Below are positions 29,076 through 38,673 of a DNA stretch of 50,975 nt, piece after piece; positions within the stretch are counted from its first letter, which is position 1; each line of letters opens with the position of its first letter. The stretch lies in sequence record PZ871100.1; one strand, given 5' to 3'. The notes below the pieces were generated by a model that saw nothing but the letters and a program-made list of their open reading frames with translations, did not search any database and was not told the origin of the DNA. The position numbers were made by a program, and so were the translations under genes. This DNA comes from a phage.

Positions 29076-31121
29076 ATGATTCCAAACATTGAAAAGCAAA
29101 TATCAGCACTTGGCGAAGCGGTAATTAAATCCATTCAGGAGAGATTCACTGTTGGCGATATTGTGCCTTACCCTTACCAGTGCGTTGCATACGCTGAGAT
29201 CGCAAAGCGTATGAAAAATTATGAGCATCCATTCTTTGTTAAAGCGTCCGTATCTGCTGGCAAAACATTGATGTTTGCAATGGTTGCTCACCAGTGCCGG
29301 AAAATGGGCTTGAAAATGATGGTCCTTGCTCGCCAGGCTGAGATTGTAGATCAGGATTCTGAAGAGATAACAAATCTTGGTGTGCCGAACTCCATCTATT
29401 GTGCAGGACTGAAGACAAAAAGCGCATACTTTCCGATCGTTGTTGGTTCTGAGGGAACTGTAGTTAATGGACTGTTTAAAGCGCTTGGCGACTATGTTCC
29501 GCACGTTATCGGGATTGACGAATGTCACCAGGTGGATTGGGAAGACCTTGCCGACGCAATAGAGAAAGACGAATCATTTTTACAAATGACGACGAAGAAA
29601 GGCGAAAAAGTACCAAATCCAGATTATGACATAACAAAGGGAAGCAGGAACAGAAATACAGAGTTCCTGATTGGTGAGGATGGCTTGCCAATAGAGGGAA
29701 CAGGCCGCACACAATACACTGTCATTATCATGGAAATGATGCGCCGCTGCAGGAAAGCATATGGCCATGAACTGCGCATATTTGGCATGACTGGATCGGA
29801 GTTTCGCGGCGTAGTCCCGATCTTGGTAGAAGACAAAAAACAGAAAGGATTCTGGCGTGAACAGGTTACTAATATTGACACCAACTACCTGATCAAATTC
29901 GGTTCTGTTGTGCCAACAAATTTTGGCGACGTTGGCGATCTAGGGTATGACCTTTCAGAGTTTGAGGCATCCAGTGAGGATGGGGTTGCAGACTTTGACG
30001 CTAAAACGCTTCGCAGGATGGAACAAAAAATTCATGAAGAAGCGACCATGACAAAGCGCATCATGGCGAAAGTTCACGAGATCTGTAAAAACCGTAACGG
30101 CGTACTTGTGACATGTGCAGGAGAAAGGCATTGCAAAGAGGCTTCGGCGGCGTTGCCGCCTGGAACGACTTACAGGATCATTACTGGTAAGACTGGCGAT
30201 AACCAGCGCAAGGAGTGGTTGAAAGAAGCATACGAGGGAAAGGTTAAATACATCTTCCAGGTGCAGGCGCTAACTACTGGCGTTAACGTGCCGTTTTGGG
30301 ATACGTCTGTTATTCTGCGTAAGATTGGATCTCTTACGTTGCTGATTCAGCTTTTAGGGCGCGGAATGCGACTACTTAAGAAGTGGCATAAGGAGCAAGG
30401 ATTCCAGAAAGATGATCATCTCGTCATGGATTTTTCAGGAACGATGGACGAGCTGGGTGAGCTTTATTTTGATCCGATACTGGAACAGGCGCAGCACCAG
30501 AAGCGATTCAGAAATGGTAAAGATCCGAAGCCTTGTCCTGTTTGCGGAACTCTTAACAGCTATTATGCTCGTCGTTGTATGCACGTAGACGAAAACGGCA
30601 ACAGATGCGAGTGGTTCTTTAAATTCAGGACATGTGATGATCAGATTGACCCGCGCACTAAAAAGATTATTCATCGCGGTTGCGGAACTAAGAATGATAT
30701 TGCGGCCAGGGTATGCAGACATTGCGACATGTCATTGATTGACCCTAACGAGAAGTTAAGCGGAAAGCACTACACAAAAAACGACTGGTTCCAAGTGCAA
30801 TCTTTCGCGGTTGATATGACGAAAAACCAGAAAGGGATAATATTTAATTATGAGCTTTCCGATGGCATAGATACTTTCAAGGCGAGAGAGATATTTTTCC
30901 CTGAGTCTGAGAGCCAAATTTGCCGCGCAAAATGGCGAAGCGTTGCTCTTAAGCATATACCGGATCGCCGTGTCGCTGGTATGGTGGCGAGCTATCGCAA
31001 TGCGCGTAAAATCATGCAATATGTGAATCACATCATGCCGCCATCGCGTGTGACTCACCGCAAGACTAGCAAGGGCGAAGATAATTTGTACAAGAAGGAA
31101 TTTAATTATGGCAATGACTGA
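29076..31121 (+). CDS. SF2 helicase (DECH box) with C-terminal Cys-rich zinc-finger-like region
   Basis: Walker A-like SAGKTL, DECH motif GIDECHQ, C-terminal CPVCG...C...C clusters; start ambiguous (29052 or 29076). Confidence 0.75.
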   Translation: MIPNIEKQISALGEAVIKSIQERFTVGDIVPYPYQCVAYAEIAKRMKNYEHPFFVKASVSAGKTLMFAMVAHQCRKMGLKMMVLARQAEIVDQDSEEITNLGVPNSIYCAGLKTKSAYFPIVVGSEGTVVNGLFKALGDYVPHVIGIDECHQVDWEDLADAIEKDESFLQMTTKKGEKVPNPDYDITKGSRNRNTEFLIGEDGLPIEGTGRTQYTVIIMEMMRRCRKAYGHELRIFGMTGSEFRGVVPILVEDKKQKGFWREQVTNIDTNYLIKFGSVVPTNFGDVGDLGYDLSEFEASSEDGVADFDAKTLRRMEQKIHEEATMTKRIMAKVHEICKNRNGVLVTCAGERHCKEASAALPPGTTYRIITGKTGDNQRKEWLKEAYEGKVKYIFQVQALTTGVNVPFWDTSVILRKIGSLTLLIQLLGRGMRLLKKWHKEQGFQKDDHLVMDFSGTMDELGELYFDPILEQAQHQKRFRNGKDPKPCPVCGTLNSYYARRCMHVDENGNRCEWFFKFRTCDDQIDPRTKKIIHRGCGTKNDIAARVCRHCDMSLIDPNEKLSGKHYTKNDWFQVQSFAVDMTKNQKGIIFNYELSDGIDTFKAREIFFPESESQICRAKWRSVALKHIPDRRVAGMVASYRNARKIMQYVNHIMPPSRVTHRKTSKGEDNLYKKEFNYGND

Positions 31122-31527
31122 TAAAGGCGATTATCTGGAGTTTTACGAAAGAGATCCGACAGATACGCTAAAAGAGGAATCGCACCAGATCGGGGCGTTT
31201 CAATGGTTGACTTATGCATACCCTGAATTGCTGGCATGGCATACGAAAAACGAGGGCGACAAGGGGATCGCTACAGCAATGATGGATCAGCAAGCTGGGC
31301 TTGTTAAGGGCGTAAGTGATTTTATCATCCTGATTGGATTAAAAGGCCGTTACCCGTTCGCGGCAATTGAGATGAAGCGCGTCAATAAGTCCGGCAAGGG
31401 TAAGGCTTCACCAGTCAGCAAAGAGCAAAAAGCCTTCTTGCGACGTGTGCGTGAGCTTGGCGGATTCGCCGCCGTAACATACGGATATAAGCAATTCATG
31501 ATCGCTGTAGAATACATGATGAAATAG
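31108..31527 (+). CDS. VRR-NUC domain nuclease
   Basis: 139 aa; SDFIIL...AIEMKR...KEQKAF motif arrangement of PD-(D/E)XK VRR-NUC. Confidence 0.65.
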   Translation: MAMTDKGDYLEFYERDPTDTLKEESHQIGAFQWLTYAYPELLAWHTKNEGDKGIATAMMDQQAGLVKGVSDFIILIGLKGRYPFAAIEMKRVNKSGKGKASPVSKEQKAFLRRVRELGGFAAVTYGYKQFMIAVEYMMK

Positions 31528-31567
31528 CACTTTTTGTTAAAACAGGCGCGAAGGATTGCGCCATAAT
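31524..31567 (+). promoter_or_regulatory. conserved-box promoter-like unit upstream of Dam-like gene
   Basis: Box ATAGCACTTTTTGTTAAAAC 31524-31543, inverted repeat GGCGCG...CGCGCC in spacer, CATAAT 31562-31567; upstream stop TAG inside box. Confidence 0.6.
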
Positions 31568-31601
31568 AACACCAGTTCAACAAGCAACAGGTAATTAAGA
31601 A

Positions 31602-32303
31602 ATGAGCAAAGAAACCGAAGTGACATTTGAACAAATAGAACGCGAAACATTCATTGGCAATGCTCTTGCTACTGGTGGTCATTACCAGGCTGTTAAACCA
31701 AATCAATATTTCAAAGTGACTGGCAACCGCTATAACGGCAGCAATACGCCGGACGTTGTGCGCGATTTGTGGTCTACGCCGTCTGAGGTTGTCACATGGA
31801 TGGAAAGCGAATACGGTGATTATGACATCGACGCGGCTGCAAGCAAAGAAAATTCTGTATGTGAAAAATTCTACAGCAAGGAAACAAATTGCTTAAAGCG
31901 TTGGTGGGGTAGTAACAAGCATATATGGCTGAATCCGCCGTACAGCAATATAACGCCTTTCGTTAAGAAAGCGATTGAGCAAATGGAGCACAATAACCAG
32001 ATCGACATTCTGTTACCTTGCGACACATCTACAGGATGGTTTTATGAGGCACAACAGAAAGCAGCGGAAATTATCTGGATCACTGGCGAAGTTTATCAGG
32101 AGGAAGGAACAGAATATTCCCGCACAGGACGCCTTGCGTTTACCTCGGCTCTTACAGGTAAACCAGTGCAGGGCAACAACAAAGGAAGCGTTATTTTCAT
32201 CATGCGCGAACTTAAAGAAGGTGAGCAGCAGAAAACGCGATACGTTAAAATCAGCGACATTTGCCCTTCGGTGGCAGACCGTCGCGCACGGAAACGGAGC
32301 TAA
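31602..32303 (+). CDS. DNA N6-adenine methyltransferase (phage Dam-like)
   Basis: 233 aa; catalytic NPPYS motif (WLNPPYSN). Confidence 0.7.
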   Translation: MSKETEVTFEQIERETFIGNALATGGHYQAVKPNQYFKVTGNRYNGSNTPDVVRDLWSTPSEVVTWMESEYGDYDIDAAASKENSVCEKFYSKETNCLKRWWGSNKHIWLNPPYSNITPFVKKAIEQMEHNNQIDILLPCDTSTGWFYEAQQKAAEIIWITGEVYQEEGTEYSRTGRLAFTSALTGKPVQGNNKGSVIFIMRELKEGEQQKTRYVKISDICPSVADRRARKRS

Positions 32304-32307
32304 AGCC

Positions 32308-32565
32308 ATGCAAAAAGAAAGAAGCATTTATTTAAATGAAACTGGAAAGTGGTTGTTATTTCGCGCTATGGTATGCGATGCACTTGATAAAAACCCTAAC
32401 GTGAAAAAGATGATTGATTGCGATCCGTGGGAATTTTCAAGCGCATTAGATATGAGCTTTGAGGAGACAAAAAAACTACCGCTTGAAAAATGGAGCGAGC
32501 AAATCAGAAATGACATGCAAGAATTTGTCGATTCGTGGAATTTTCAGCACGGAATGATCCACTAA
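32308..32565 (+). CDS. hypothetical protein
   Basis: 85 aa from ATG 32308; stop TAG embedded in promoter box. Confidence 0.4.
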   Translation: MQKERSIYLNETGKWLLFRAMVCDALDKNPNVKKMIDCDPWEFSSALDMSFEETKKLPLEKWSEQIRNDMQEFVDSWNFQHGMIH

Positions 32566-32608
32566 TAGCACTTTTTGTTAAAACGCCCGACCTTGTGTCG
32601 GGCATAAT
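32565..32608 (+). promoter_or_regulatory. conserved-box promoter-like unit
   Basis: Box 32565-32584, spacer inverted repeat GCCCGAC...GTCGGGC, CATAAT 32603-32608, leader CATCAAAACGA. Confidence 0.6.
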
Positions 32609-32640
32609 TATTTCATCAAAACGAACAAGAGGAAAATAAA

Positions 32641-32820
32641 ATGGTTGTTTACGATCCACGCGCTTTTAAAATTGCTCAAGAAGTTTCACGCGAATCTGTT
32701 GCTGGCGGTTCGGTTAACGGCTATCAGTTTGATTGGTCGGCAGCAATGACCCTGCTTAAGGTTGCATATGGTCACGCGCCAATTGAAACAGCGGAGGAAT
32801 ATTATAAGCATGAAGGTTGA
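32641..32820 (+). CDS. hypothetical small protein (59 aa)
   Basis: Below ORF-track cutoff; ATG 32641 with AGAGGA RBS downstream of promoter unit. Confidence 0.4.
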   Translation: MVVYDPRAFKIAQEVSRESVAGGSVNGYQFDWSAAMTLLKVAYGHAPIETAEEYYKHEG

Positions 32821-33052
32821 ACAAGGTAGGCAGGCCGTATGGGATCACGCAAAGGAATGCGGGATAGCAGAAGACATAGCCAGGATAGCGAAATATTTTG
32901 ATATTGCTGACATAAGCATTATCAGCGGCGACAAAATGACATTTCTCAATGAACGACCGCGCAAGATGCATCGCGTACCAGCAATACCAACAAAGATTGA
33001 TTTCAAAGAGGCTATGGCGAAAATTCGCGAGCCGCGCAAATACTACAAATGA
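32810..33052 (+). CDS. hypothetical protein
   Basis: ATG 32810 with GGAGGA RBS; 80 aa. Confidence 0.4.
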   Translation: MKVEQGRQAVWDHAKECGIAEDIARIAKYFDIADISIISGDKMTFLNERPRKMHRVPAIPTKIDFKEAMAKIREPRKYYK

Positions 33053-33150
33053 GGATTATTATCATGTGGCGTTTGTTACTTTTGCCCTTACCTGTTATGA
33101 TGGCGATCTCTATTGTATATGTTGTCATAATGAGATAAGGAGAATTTTTG

Positions 33151-34266
33151 ATGAAGCAAATCAAAATCACAGATGAACAATTTATCAATGAGCGCAAGCA
33201 GGGAAAGACATATAAGCAGATCGCTAGTGAGTATGGCATGAACGTTCGCAGCATTGAGCGACGCGCGGCACGATTAGCAAAGCAAGGTAAAGTTACAACC
33301 ATCGGATCACCTGGTTTTGGTGTTACTGGAGAATCAAAGCTAATTGATAAAGATGGCAATGTGGTTATGACATGGATTAAGACAAGCAAAGACCGCGAAC
33401 AGTTAGAAGCATTAATGCAGGCCGCTATGGATGCATTTAGCGAAGAGGTTCCTCGACTTGATCCACAGCCAGAATCACAAAAGAATTATAGCGAGACGCT
33501 ATCACTGTATCCGATCTTTGACATGCACTTGGGCGCAATGGCGCATAAGCATGAATGCGGCGAGAATTGGGATACAGCAACAGCAGAGCGCGTAATGAAT
33601 AATTTCATTGATTATTCCATCCAGTGTGCGCCGGATAGTGAAAAAGCTGTTTTGCTGATTGGTGGTGATATGCTTCACAGCGACGGACTGGAAGCGGTGA
33701 CACCTGCAAGCGGTCACGTATTGGATCAAGATAGTAGATATGCAAAACTTGTTTATGTTGCCATCCGGTCAGTGCGTCGAGCAATTACAAAGCTGTTATC
33801 AAAACACAAAAACGTCGAGATTCAGATCATTGAAGGCAACCACGACCAAAGCGGCATGATCTGGTTGCGCGCAGCAATGGCGGCAGCATATGAGAATGAG
33901 CCACGAGTGCATGTTGATGTGTCTCCGCGAGTGGTTCATCACACACAATATGGCAAAACGTTCCTGGCATACCATCACGGGCATACTATCCGCAAACCTG
34001 AAACATTGCTAATGATGTGCGCGGCAGACTGGCGCGAAGACTTCGGCAATTCAAAAATGATGTATGCTCACGTAGGGCACTGGCATCATCAAACAGTAAC
34101 TGAAACAAGCCTGGGAATTGTTGAAGTGCATAGCACTATGGCGGCAAAAGATGCATATGCTGCGCGCGGTGGATGGCGTTCTCGTCGCCGTGCGGCTGTT
34201 ATTGTTTATGATAAAGAATACGGAGAAGTAGGGCGATTTATGCATTATCCAGAAATGGCTGGTTGA
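33151..34266 (+). CDS. HTH domain fused to calcineurin-like metallophosphoesterase
   Basis: N-terminal HTH-like KTYKQIASEYGMNVRSIERRAARL; phosphoesterase motifs DMHLG, GGDMLHSDG, EGNHDQ. Confidence 0.6.
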   Translation: MKQIKITDEQFINERKQGKTYKQIASEYGMNVRSIERRAARLAKQGKVTTIGSPGFGVTGESKLIDKDGNVVMTWIKTSKDREQLEALMQAAMDAFSEEVPRLDPQPESQKNYSETLSLYPIFDMHLGAMAHKHECGENWDTATAERVMNNFIDYSIQCAPDSEKAVLLIGGDMLHSDGLEAVTPASGHVLDQDSRYAKLVYVAIRSVRRAITKLLSKHKNVEIQIIEGNHDQSGMIWLRAAMAAAYENEPRVHVDVSPRVVHHTQYGKTFLAYHHGHTIRKPETLLMMCAADWREDFGNSKMMYAHVGHWHHQTVTETSLGIVEVHSTMAAKDAYAARGGWRSRRRAAVIVYDKEYGEVGRFMHYPEMAG

Positions 34267-34309
34267 ACTTTTAATCATTAAAATATAAATATAAATCATC
34301 AATTTAATT

Positions 34310-34339
34310 GGGCGTGGCATTTTGCTTCGCCCTTTTTTT
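34310..34339 (+). terminator. terminator-like hairpin before lysis cassette
   Basis: GGGCG...CGCCC hairpin then TTTTTTT. Confidence 0.5.
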
Positions 34340-34412
34340 ATTCCTTTTTGTGCGTTCAATGGTTAGGATACAATCAATTAATTGTTGACTTTTATCTACA
34401 GGAGATCTAATC

Positions 34413-34628
34413 ATGAAAGATTTTTTAAACGCTGCAACTTCCGGCACTGGCGGCGCGTCAATCACTGGCGCGGTAACTGGTCAAACAACTATTGCAATAG
34501 CCAGCTTCGTTTTGATGGCTGCATTTGGTATGTGGGGCGCTTATCTTCGCTGGCGTGATAGTAAGGCGCTACGTGACGCGCTTGAATGCGGTGATATTAA
34601 GAAAGCTATTGAGATCAGAGGTAAATAA
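34413..34628 (+). CDS. holin (putative, single TM)
   Basis: 71 aa; one hydrophobic helix; charged C-terminus; directly upstream of endolysin with ATGA overlap. Confidence 0.6.
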   Translation: MKDFLNAATSGTGGASITGAVTGQTTIAIASFVLMAAFGMWGAYLRWRDSKALRDALECGDIKKAIEIRGK

Positions 34629-35116
34629 TGAGTATAAAACAAAGAGTGACAGCTGCGGCTTTTGGCGTTGCTCTTGCCCTTACTTCTCCGCTACTGGAGG
34701 AAATAGAAGGAGTAAAACATAAGCCGTACAAAGATATTGCTGGGATATGGACGGTTTGCGCCGGAATAACTGGACCTGACGTAATACCAGGCAAAACGTA
34801 CACACAGAGAGAGTGCGATGCGCTACTGGCAAAGCATATCAAGATCGCAAAGGATGAAGTTGATAAACGTGTGAAGGTTGAGATTCCTGATACAATGCGC
34901 GCAGCGATGTATTCATTCACATACAATGCTGGCACTGGTGCTTTTAGAAATTCAACCATGCTTAAGCTGATTAATAACGGTCGTTATATGGAAGCGTGCA
35001 ATCAGTTATGGCGATGGACAAAATACACCAATCCAAAAACAGGAAAGAAAGAAACGTCTAAAGGACTGCGCAACCGCCGCGCGGTGGAATTTAAATATTG
35101 CATTAAGGATCTGTAA
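34628..35116 (+). CDS. endolysin (phage lysozyme, GH24-like)
   Basis: 162 aa; [26 protein letters not shown] signature region. Confidence 0.8.
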   Translation: MSIKQRVTAAAFGVALALTSPLLEEIEGVKHKPYKDIAGIWTVCAGITGPDVIPGKTYTQRECDALLAKHIKIAKDEVDKRVKVEIPDTMRAAMYSFTYNAGTGAFRNSTMLKLINNGRYMEACNQLWRWTKYTNPKTGKKETSKGLRNRRAVEFKYCIKDL

Positions 35117-35118
35117 TC

Positions 35119-35517
35119 ATGAGAAAGTTATCAGCAATCGCGATCGCTGTTATTTTGTCTGGATGTTCAAGCGTTACGCCACTGACCGGATTAATCGGTA
35201 GTAAGCCGGAAATCACAGCACAGGCAGGAGCGGAGAACGTAAAGCAGACCGTTGGCGTTACCGCAAAGCAGGACACCAGCACGAAACAGGAAACTACAAT
35301 AAAGGAATCTGCGGTTGATAAGGTGGACACTTCCAGCAAGAAGGATTTCACTACGTCAACCATTCAGGCAAACACCATCAAGGCTGATAAAATCCAGGTT
35401 GTGCAGGGTGAGCAAAGGAAGTGGTACGATCCTATAATCTATTGCGCTGCAATTTTCAGTGGTCTTTTGACTATGCTTTACTTTTCCTACCGCAAAGATA
35501 ACAAAAAGGAGGCTTAA
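35119..35517 (+). CDS. unimolecular spanin (T1 gp11-like)
   Basis: 132 aa; N-terminal lipobox ILSGC and C-terminal TM helix; last gene of lysis cassette. Confidence 0.7.
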   Translation: MRKLSAIAIAVILSGCSSVTPLTGLIGSKPEITAQAGAENVKQTVGVTAKQDTSTKQETTIKESAVDKVDTSSKKDFTTSTIQANTIKADKIQVVQGEQRKWYDPIIYCAAIFSGLLTMLYFSYRKDNKKEA

Positions 35518-35533
35518 CGCCTCCTTTATTTTT
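35508..35533. terminator. terminator at end of lysis cassette (convergent junction)
   Basis: GGAGGC ttaac GCCTCC then TTTATTTTTAT; spanin stop codon in loop. Confidence 0.55.
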
Positions 35534-35750
35534 ATGCATCGGGCCATTCGTGGGAATGGTTTGTTAATTGTTGGTTTTCTTGAAACTCAATATCGTAATT
35601 ACCAGCCATCACGCGCATTGCCATGTTTTCAACATATTCTACAGCTTGCTCACGAGTCAATGAGTCGGCTGGGAACTTTGTAGGAATTTCAGTAGTAGTT
35701 CCGTTTTCATGCTTGACAACCAGCGCCACGGTGAAAAATTTGTTGCTCAT
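35532..35750 (-). CDS. hypothetical protein
   Basis: 72 aa; preceded by promoter unit and conserved leader. Confidence 0.45.
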   Translation of the reverse strand: MSNKFFTVALVVKHENGTTTEIPTKFPADSLTREQAVEYVENMAMRVMAGNYDIEFQENQQLTNHSHEWPDA

Positions 35751-35786
35751 GGTAACTTCCTTTTGTTGTTTCGTTTCGATGAAACA

Positions 35787-35830
35787 AATATACCCGATAC
35801 GAGATCGGGAGTTTTAACAAAAAGTGCTAT
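35787..35830 (-). promoter_or_regulatory. conserved-box promoter-like unit
   Basis: Minus-strand box (plus 35811-35830), spacer inverted repeat CCCGAT...ATCGGG, TATATT (plus 35787-35792), leader CATCGAAACGA. Confidence 0.6.
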
Positions 35831-35947
35831 TCAATACGCTTTACAGTAACCAACAAAACGCCGTCCTCATCACACAAATTATGCTCTGATATATCAAGCG
35901 CTCGCATGTCAGAATGAATGAGCGTTAACATTGCGTGCATGAAGTCG

Positions 35948-36340
35948 TCATGTGAGATTGAACTTACGGCGCAGAACTTCAATATTTTGTCTATTAGCAT
36001 TTGACGTAAACAATTCTTCATCGCTCATTTCTCCGATCCTTAAAACATCCCTTACCCATTCGTTTTGCATACCTTCCAGACTGTAAAGTTCAAACGAGAA
36101 AGGTCGATTTGCAGACCCTTTCTTACACCAGAACTTTCCACCAACTCCATCAAGATAACCAGCGGTCATCATTCTTGCGCAAAACTCTTTTGAAACGGCG
36201 GTTGCAAACATTCTCGGCGTAAATCCTGCGGCCCTTGCGAGCCGCTCACATTCTCTATGCTGAAATATAAATTTTGCGATATGTTGACGTGTAAACCATT
36301 CGAATGACTCACACCAGCGATACAGATCCAGAAGAAACAT
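35948..36340 (-). CDS. hypothetical protein
   Basis: 130 aa; start 2 nt after the upstream stop. Confidence 0.45.
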   Translation of the reverse strand: MFLLDLYRWCESFEWFTRQHIAKFIFQHRECERLARAAGFTPRMFATAVSKEFCARMMTAGYLDGVGGKFWCKKGSANRPFSFELYSLEGMQNEWVRDVLRIGEMSDEELFTSNANRQNIEVLRRKFNLT

Positions 36341-36342
36341 AA

Positions 36343-37926
36343 TTACCCCAGCAATGTTGGATTTACGAAAACAACGCCATTAATCACACAAATATAATTT
36401 CTTTCTTCAAGCATCGGCAGCAGTTGCGTTTCCATACGCTTCATTACGCCAGCCTGACCAACAAACGGCTTAACTTTTCGTGCAGCCTCATATATGGCGC
36501 GAACATTCAAGATTCCCTTGTTAGCCTTACCGTGTCGAGTGATAATCTCGATTAGTTTACCCATTTCAGCATCATCACCAGCATAGCCAGAAGCGTTGGC
36601 GGCGCTAATGTATGTTTTGCTCAACTCGCTAAACATCAGCAGTGCTTCCTGAACGGTTTCAACCTCAATCTCTTTCGACTTTTGAGGGTATCCGCCAGGA
36701 TTAAACCAATTGCGGATAGTGTGCAAAACCGAAGCAATCCTGATCACCTGCTTATCCATTTTGCCAAGCGCACCGCGCAGCATTGTATGCGAATACTTTC
36801 CGCCATCGGCAAGGTGCGGTTCCATCTCCTGACGAGCCATGTTAAGAACTCGCATTGCGGATTTGCTGATCTTAAGCTGGATGTTTGATTCACTCATGAT
36901 GTTATGGATCAGCTTGAAATATTGGCTTTTCAGTTCTCCATCAACAGGTTCATAAGTAGAATCACCGTTATCATCAACAAACTTTCTACGGCCTAAAAAT
37001 GATTCCTCACGCACAAGCAAATAACGCTCACTTACACCGATACCGCGAGATCCTGCATCCATGATGGCATTGATTGTTTCATCCTGGGCAATTACCGCCA
37101 TACAGCCAAGAGCTTTAAAACTCATATTGTTGTCAGCGTTTGCACGAGCTATAGAAACATGACCATGATCCCATGCTTTTAGCACAAGTTCGCTGTTGGT
37201 TTTACGTTCGCTATTGGCATATGTCAGACCTAAAAGGCTGTTAATACTTGTTGCCTCGTCTGAAATCACAGCAAAGTTACCCTGGCGATTGTTGATTCTT
37301 GCAAGTCCTTCCGGCGTTGTGTCGGACACAGGGAAAACGATGTCACACATCTTTTCCAGTTTTTCTTCCAGATCTTCTTTCTCCTGGTACAGGGATTCCA
37401 TATCAGCGCCGGAGCGCTCGCTTTTCATCTCTTTTGCAAGACCTGCCAACTTTGCCTGAATCTTTTTTCTTTCCTTCTTTCTCTGATCGTTAATTCTTTC
37501 CACTTCTGCAACCATTGGAGCAAGTGCCAGGCTGTTAACGGCAGATTTACCAGTTGAAGGAGGCTGGCTTGTGACAACATAAAGAGCGGTCGGCTGATCC
37601 GTTCCGTGATACTCAACAGTGAAGCGTCCAAGCATTGCAGCAGACACACATCCGATAAAATGCATATATGCCGATGATTCAGGAAATTGAACAGATCGAG
37701 CAATATTGCGCGCCAGCTTACCAACAATATCAACATCATTGCCGAGAGAAATTACAGGGTAGCGATCGTTTCCGTTATTAACATCATTAACCTCACCCCA
37801 AAAGCTGGACGATTGACGGTATCCGTTTGCCTGAATGGACACGCGCACAGGAGACAATCCTTGTGCATCAGCTAATTCGATAATTTGTTTTGGTGTTAGT
37901 TTATTGGTTTCAAACGAAAAATTCAT
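36343..37926 (-). CDS. P-loop NTPase, replication-associated (DUF3987-like, putative)
   Basis: ATG 37926 with AAGGAG RBS; Walker A-like PPSTGKS; acidic coiled region; own promoter unit. Confidence 0.4.
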   Translation of the reverse strand: MNFSFETNKLTPKQIIELADAQGLSPVRVSIQANGYRQSSSFWGEVNDVNNGNDRYPVISLGNDVDIVGKLARNIARSVQFPESSAYMHFIGCVSAAMLGRFTVEYHGTDQPTALYVVTSQPPSTGKSAVNSLALAPMVAEVERINDQRKKERKKIQAKLAGLAKEMKSERSGADMESLYQEKEDLEEKLEKMCDIVFPVSDTTPEGLARINNRQGNFAVISDEATSINSLLGLTYANSERKTNSELVLKAWDHGHVSIARANADNNMSFKALGCMAVIAQDETINAIMDAGSRGIGVSERYLLVREESFLGRRKFVDDNGDSTYEPVDGELKSQYFKLIHNIMSESNIQLKISKSAMRVLNMARQEMEPHLADGGKYSHTMLRGALGKMDKQVIRIASVLHTIRNWFNPGGYPQKSKEIEVETVQEALLMFSELSKTYISAANASGYAGDDAEMGKLIEIITRHGKANKGILNVRAIYEAARKVKPFVGQAGVMKRMETQLLPMLEERNYICVINGVVFVNPTLLG

Positions 37927-37953
37927 TGGTGATAACTCCTTTTTGATGCGGCA

Positions 37954-37997
37954 ATAATACCGCACCAATGCTACCCGCATTTAACAAAAAATGCTAT
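37954..37997 (-). promoter_or_regulatory. conserved-box promoter-like unit upstream of P-loop NTPase gene
   Basis: Minus-strand ATAGCATTTTTTGTTAAAT, 18 nt, TATTAT (plus 37954-37959). Confidence 0.55.
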
Positions 37998-38215
37998 TTG
38001 ATCCGCTCTATGCTAACTAAGATTTTTTCTGGTTCCTTTGCACTATGGCAATGCGCGGTTACAGAATCAACAAAATCAAAGTAAAGTGATTTGTGATATG
38101 AGAATCCAATCAGCCACCCAACCATCGTTTTCTTTATTGGCCTGACTATATCGCCAGGCTTAAAGGTTTTTGTTGCCGAATGAGTCACCTTATAGCGATG
38201 TTCAGCCTTGATCAC
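37994..38215 (-). CDS. hypothetical protein (GTG start)
   Basis: GTGA overlap with upstream stop. Confidence 0.3.
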   Translation of the reverse strand: MIKAEHRYKVTHSATKTFKPGDIVRPIKKTMVGWLIGFSYHKSLYFDFVDSVTAHCHSAKEPEKILVSIERIK

Positions 38216-38598
38216 TTATACATAGCCTCAAACAAATGACAGCCACCAGCGGAAAATCCAACTTCTTCGCGGTACAGCGTCCAGCGGTCGCCAGCTTCAT
38301 CAAACACATAACCAGCAACAGCGCCAAGCGCGCGGCCTTGCTCAATCTGGTAGCGCTTTCCTTCTTTGAAATGCTTTTTGCAAGGGATCTTGTGATCTAC
38401 AAAGGTGCATTTAATTGTTTTTGTCTTGATATGACGATAGTCAGACTCAACCGCGTTTTGCCACTTGCTACCATTTGTAATGCTCTTTACCTGGAATTGT
38501 TCCAACTCGATCACATCATCGCTACCAGCAATTTTTTCGTATACGGTTTTATAGCGCCCGTTCATCAAAACGTTGGTTTTATTGCAGATAACTTTCAT
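38212..38598 (-). CDS. hypothetical protein
   Basis: 128 aa; AAGGAG RBS; promoter unit upstream. Confidence 0.45.
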   Translation of the reverse strand: MKVICNKTNVLMNGRYKTVYEKIAGSDDVIELEQFQVKSITNGSKWQNAVESDYRHIKTKTIKCTFVDHKIPCKKHFKEGKRYQIEQGRALGAVAGYVFDEAGDRWTLYREEVGFSAGGCHLFEAMYK

Positions 38599-38629
38599 CG
38601 TTTATTTCTCCTTTCGTTTCGGTGAAATG

Positions 38630-38673
38630 ATTATGCCAGGCTTTTACACCTGGCTTTTAACAAAAAGTGCTAT
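38630..38673 (-). promoter_or_regulatory. conserved-box promoter-like unit
   Basis: Minus-strand box (plus 38654-38673), spacer inverted repeat GCCAGG...CCTGGC, CATAAT (plus 38630-38635), leader CACCGAAACGA; methyltransferase-like stop TAG in box. Confidence 0.6.

Noticed and set aside
31975-32307. 5-prime part of the 196-aa ORF 31975-32565
   Set aside because: Overlaps the Dam-like gene in another frame; only the 3-prime portion from ATG 32308 has an RBS and is non-overlapping, so the gene was trimmed.
35827-36021. 64-aa minus-strand ORF overlapping gene 35948-36340
   Set aside because: Overlaps the upstream gene by 74 nt in another frame; a shorter internal-start version (35827-35940, 37 aa) is possible but has no RBS, so not annotated.
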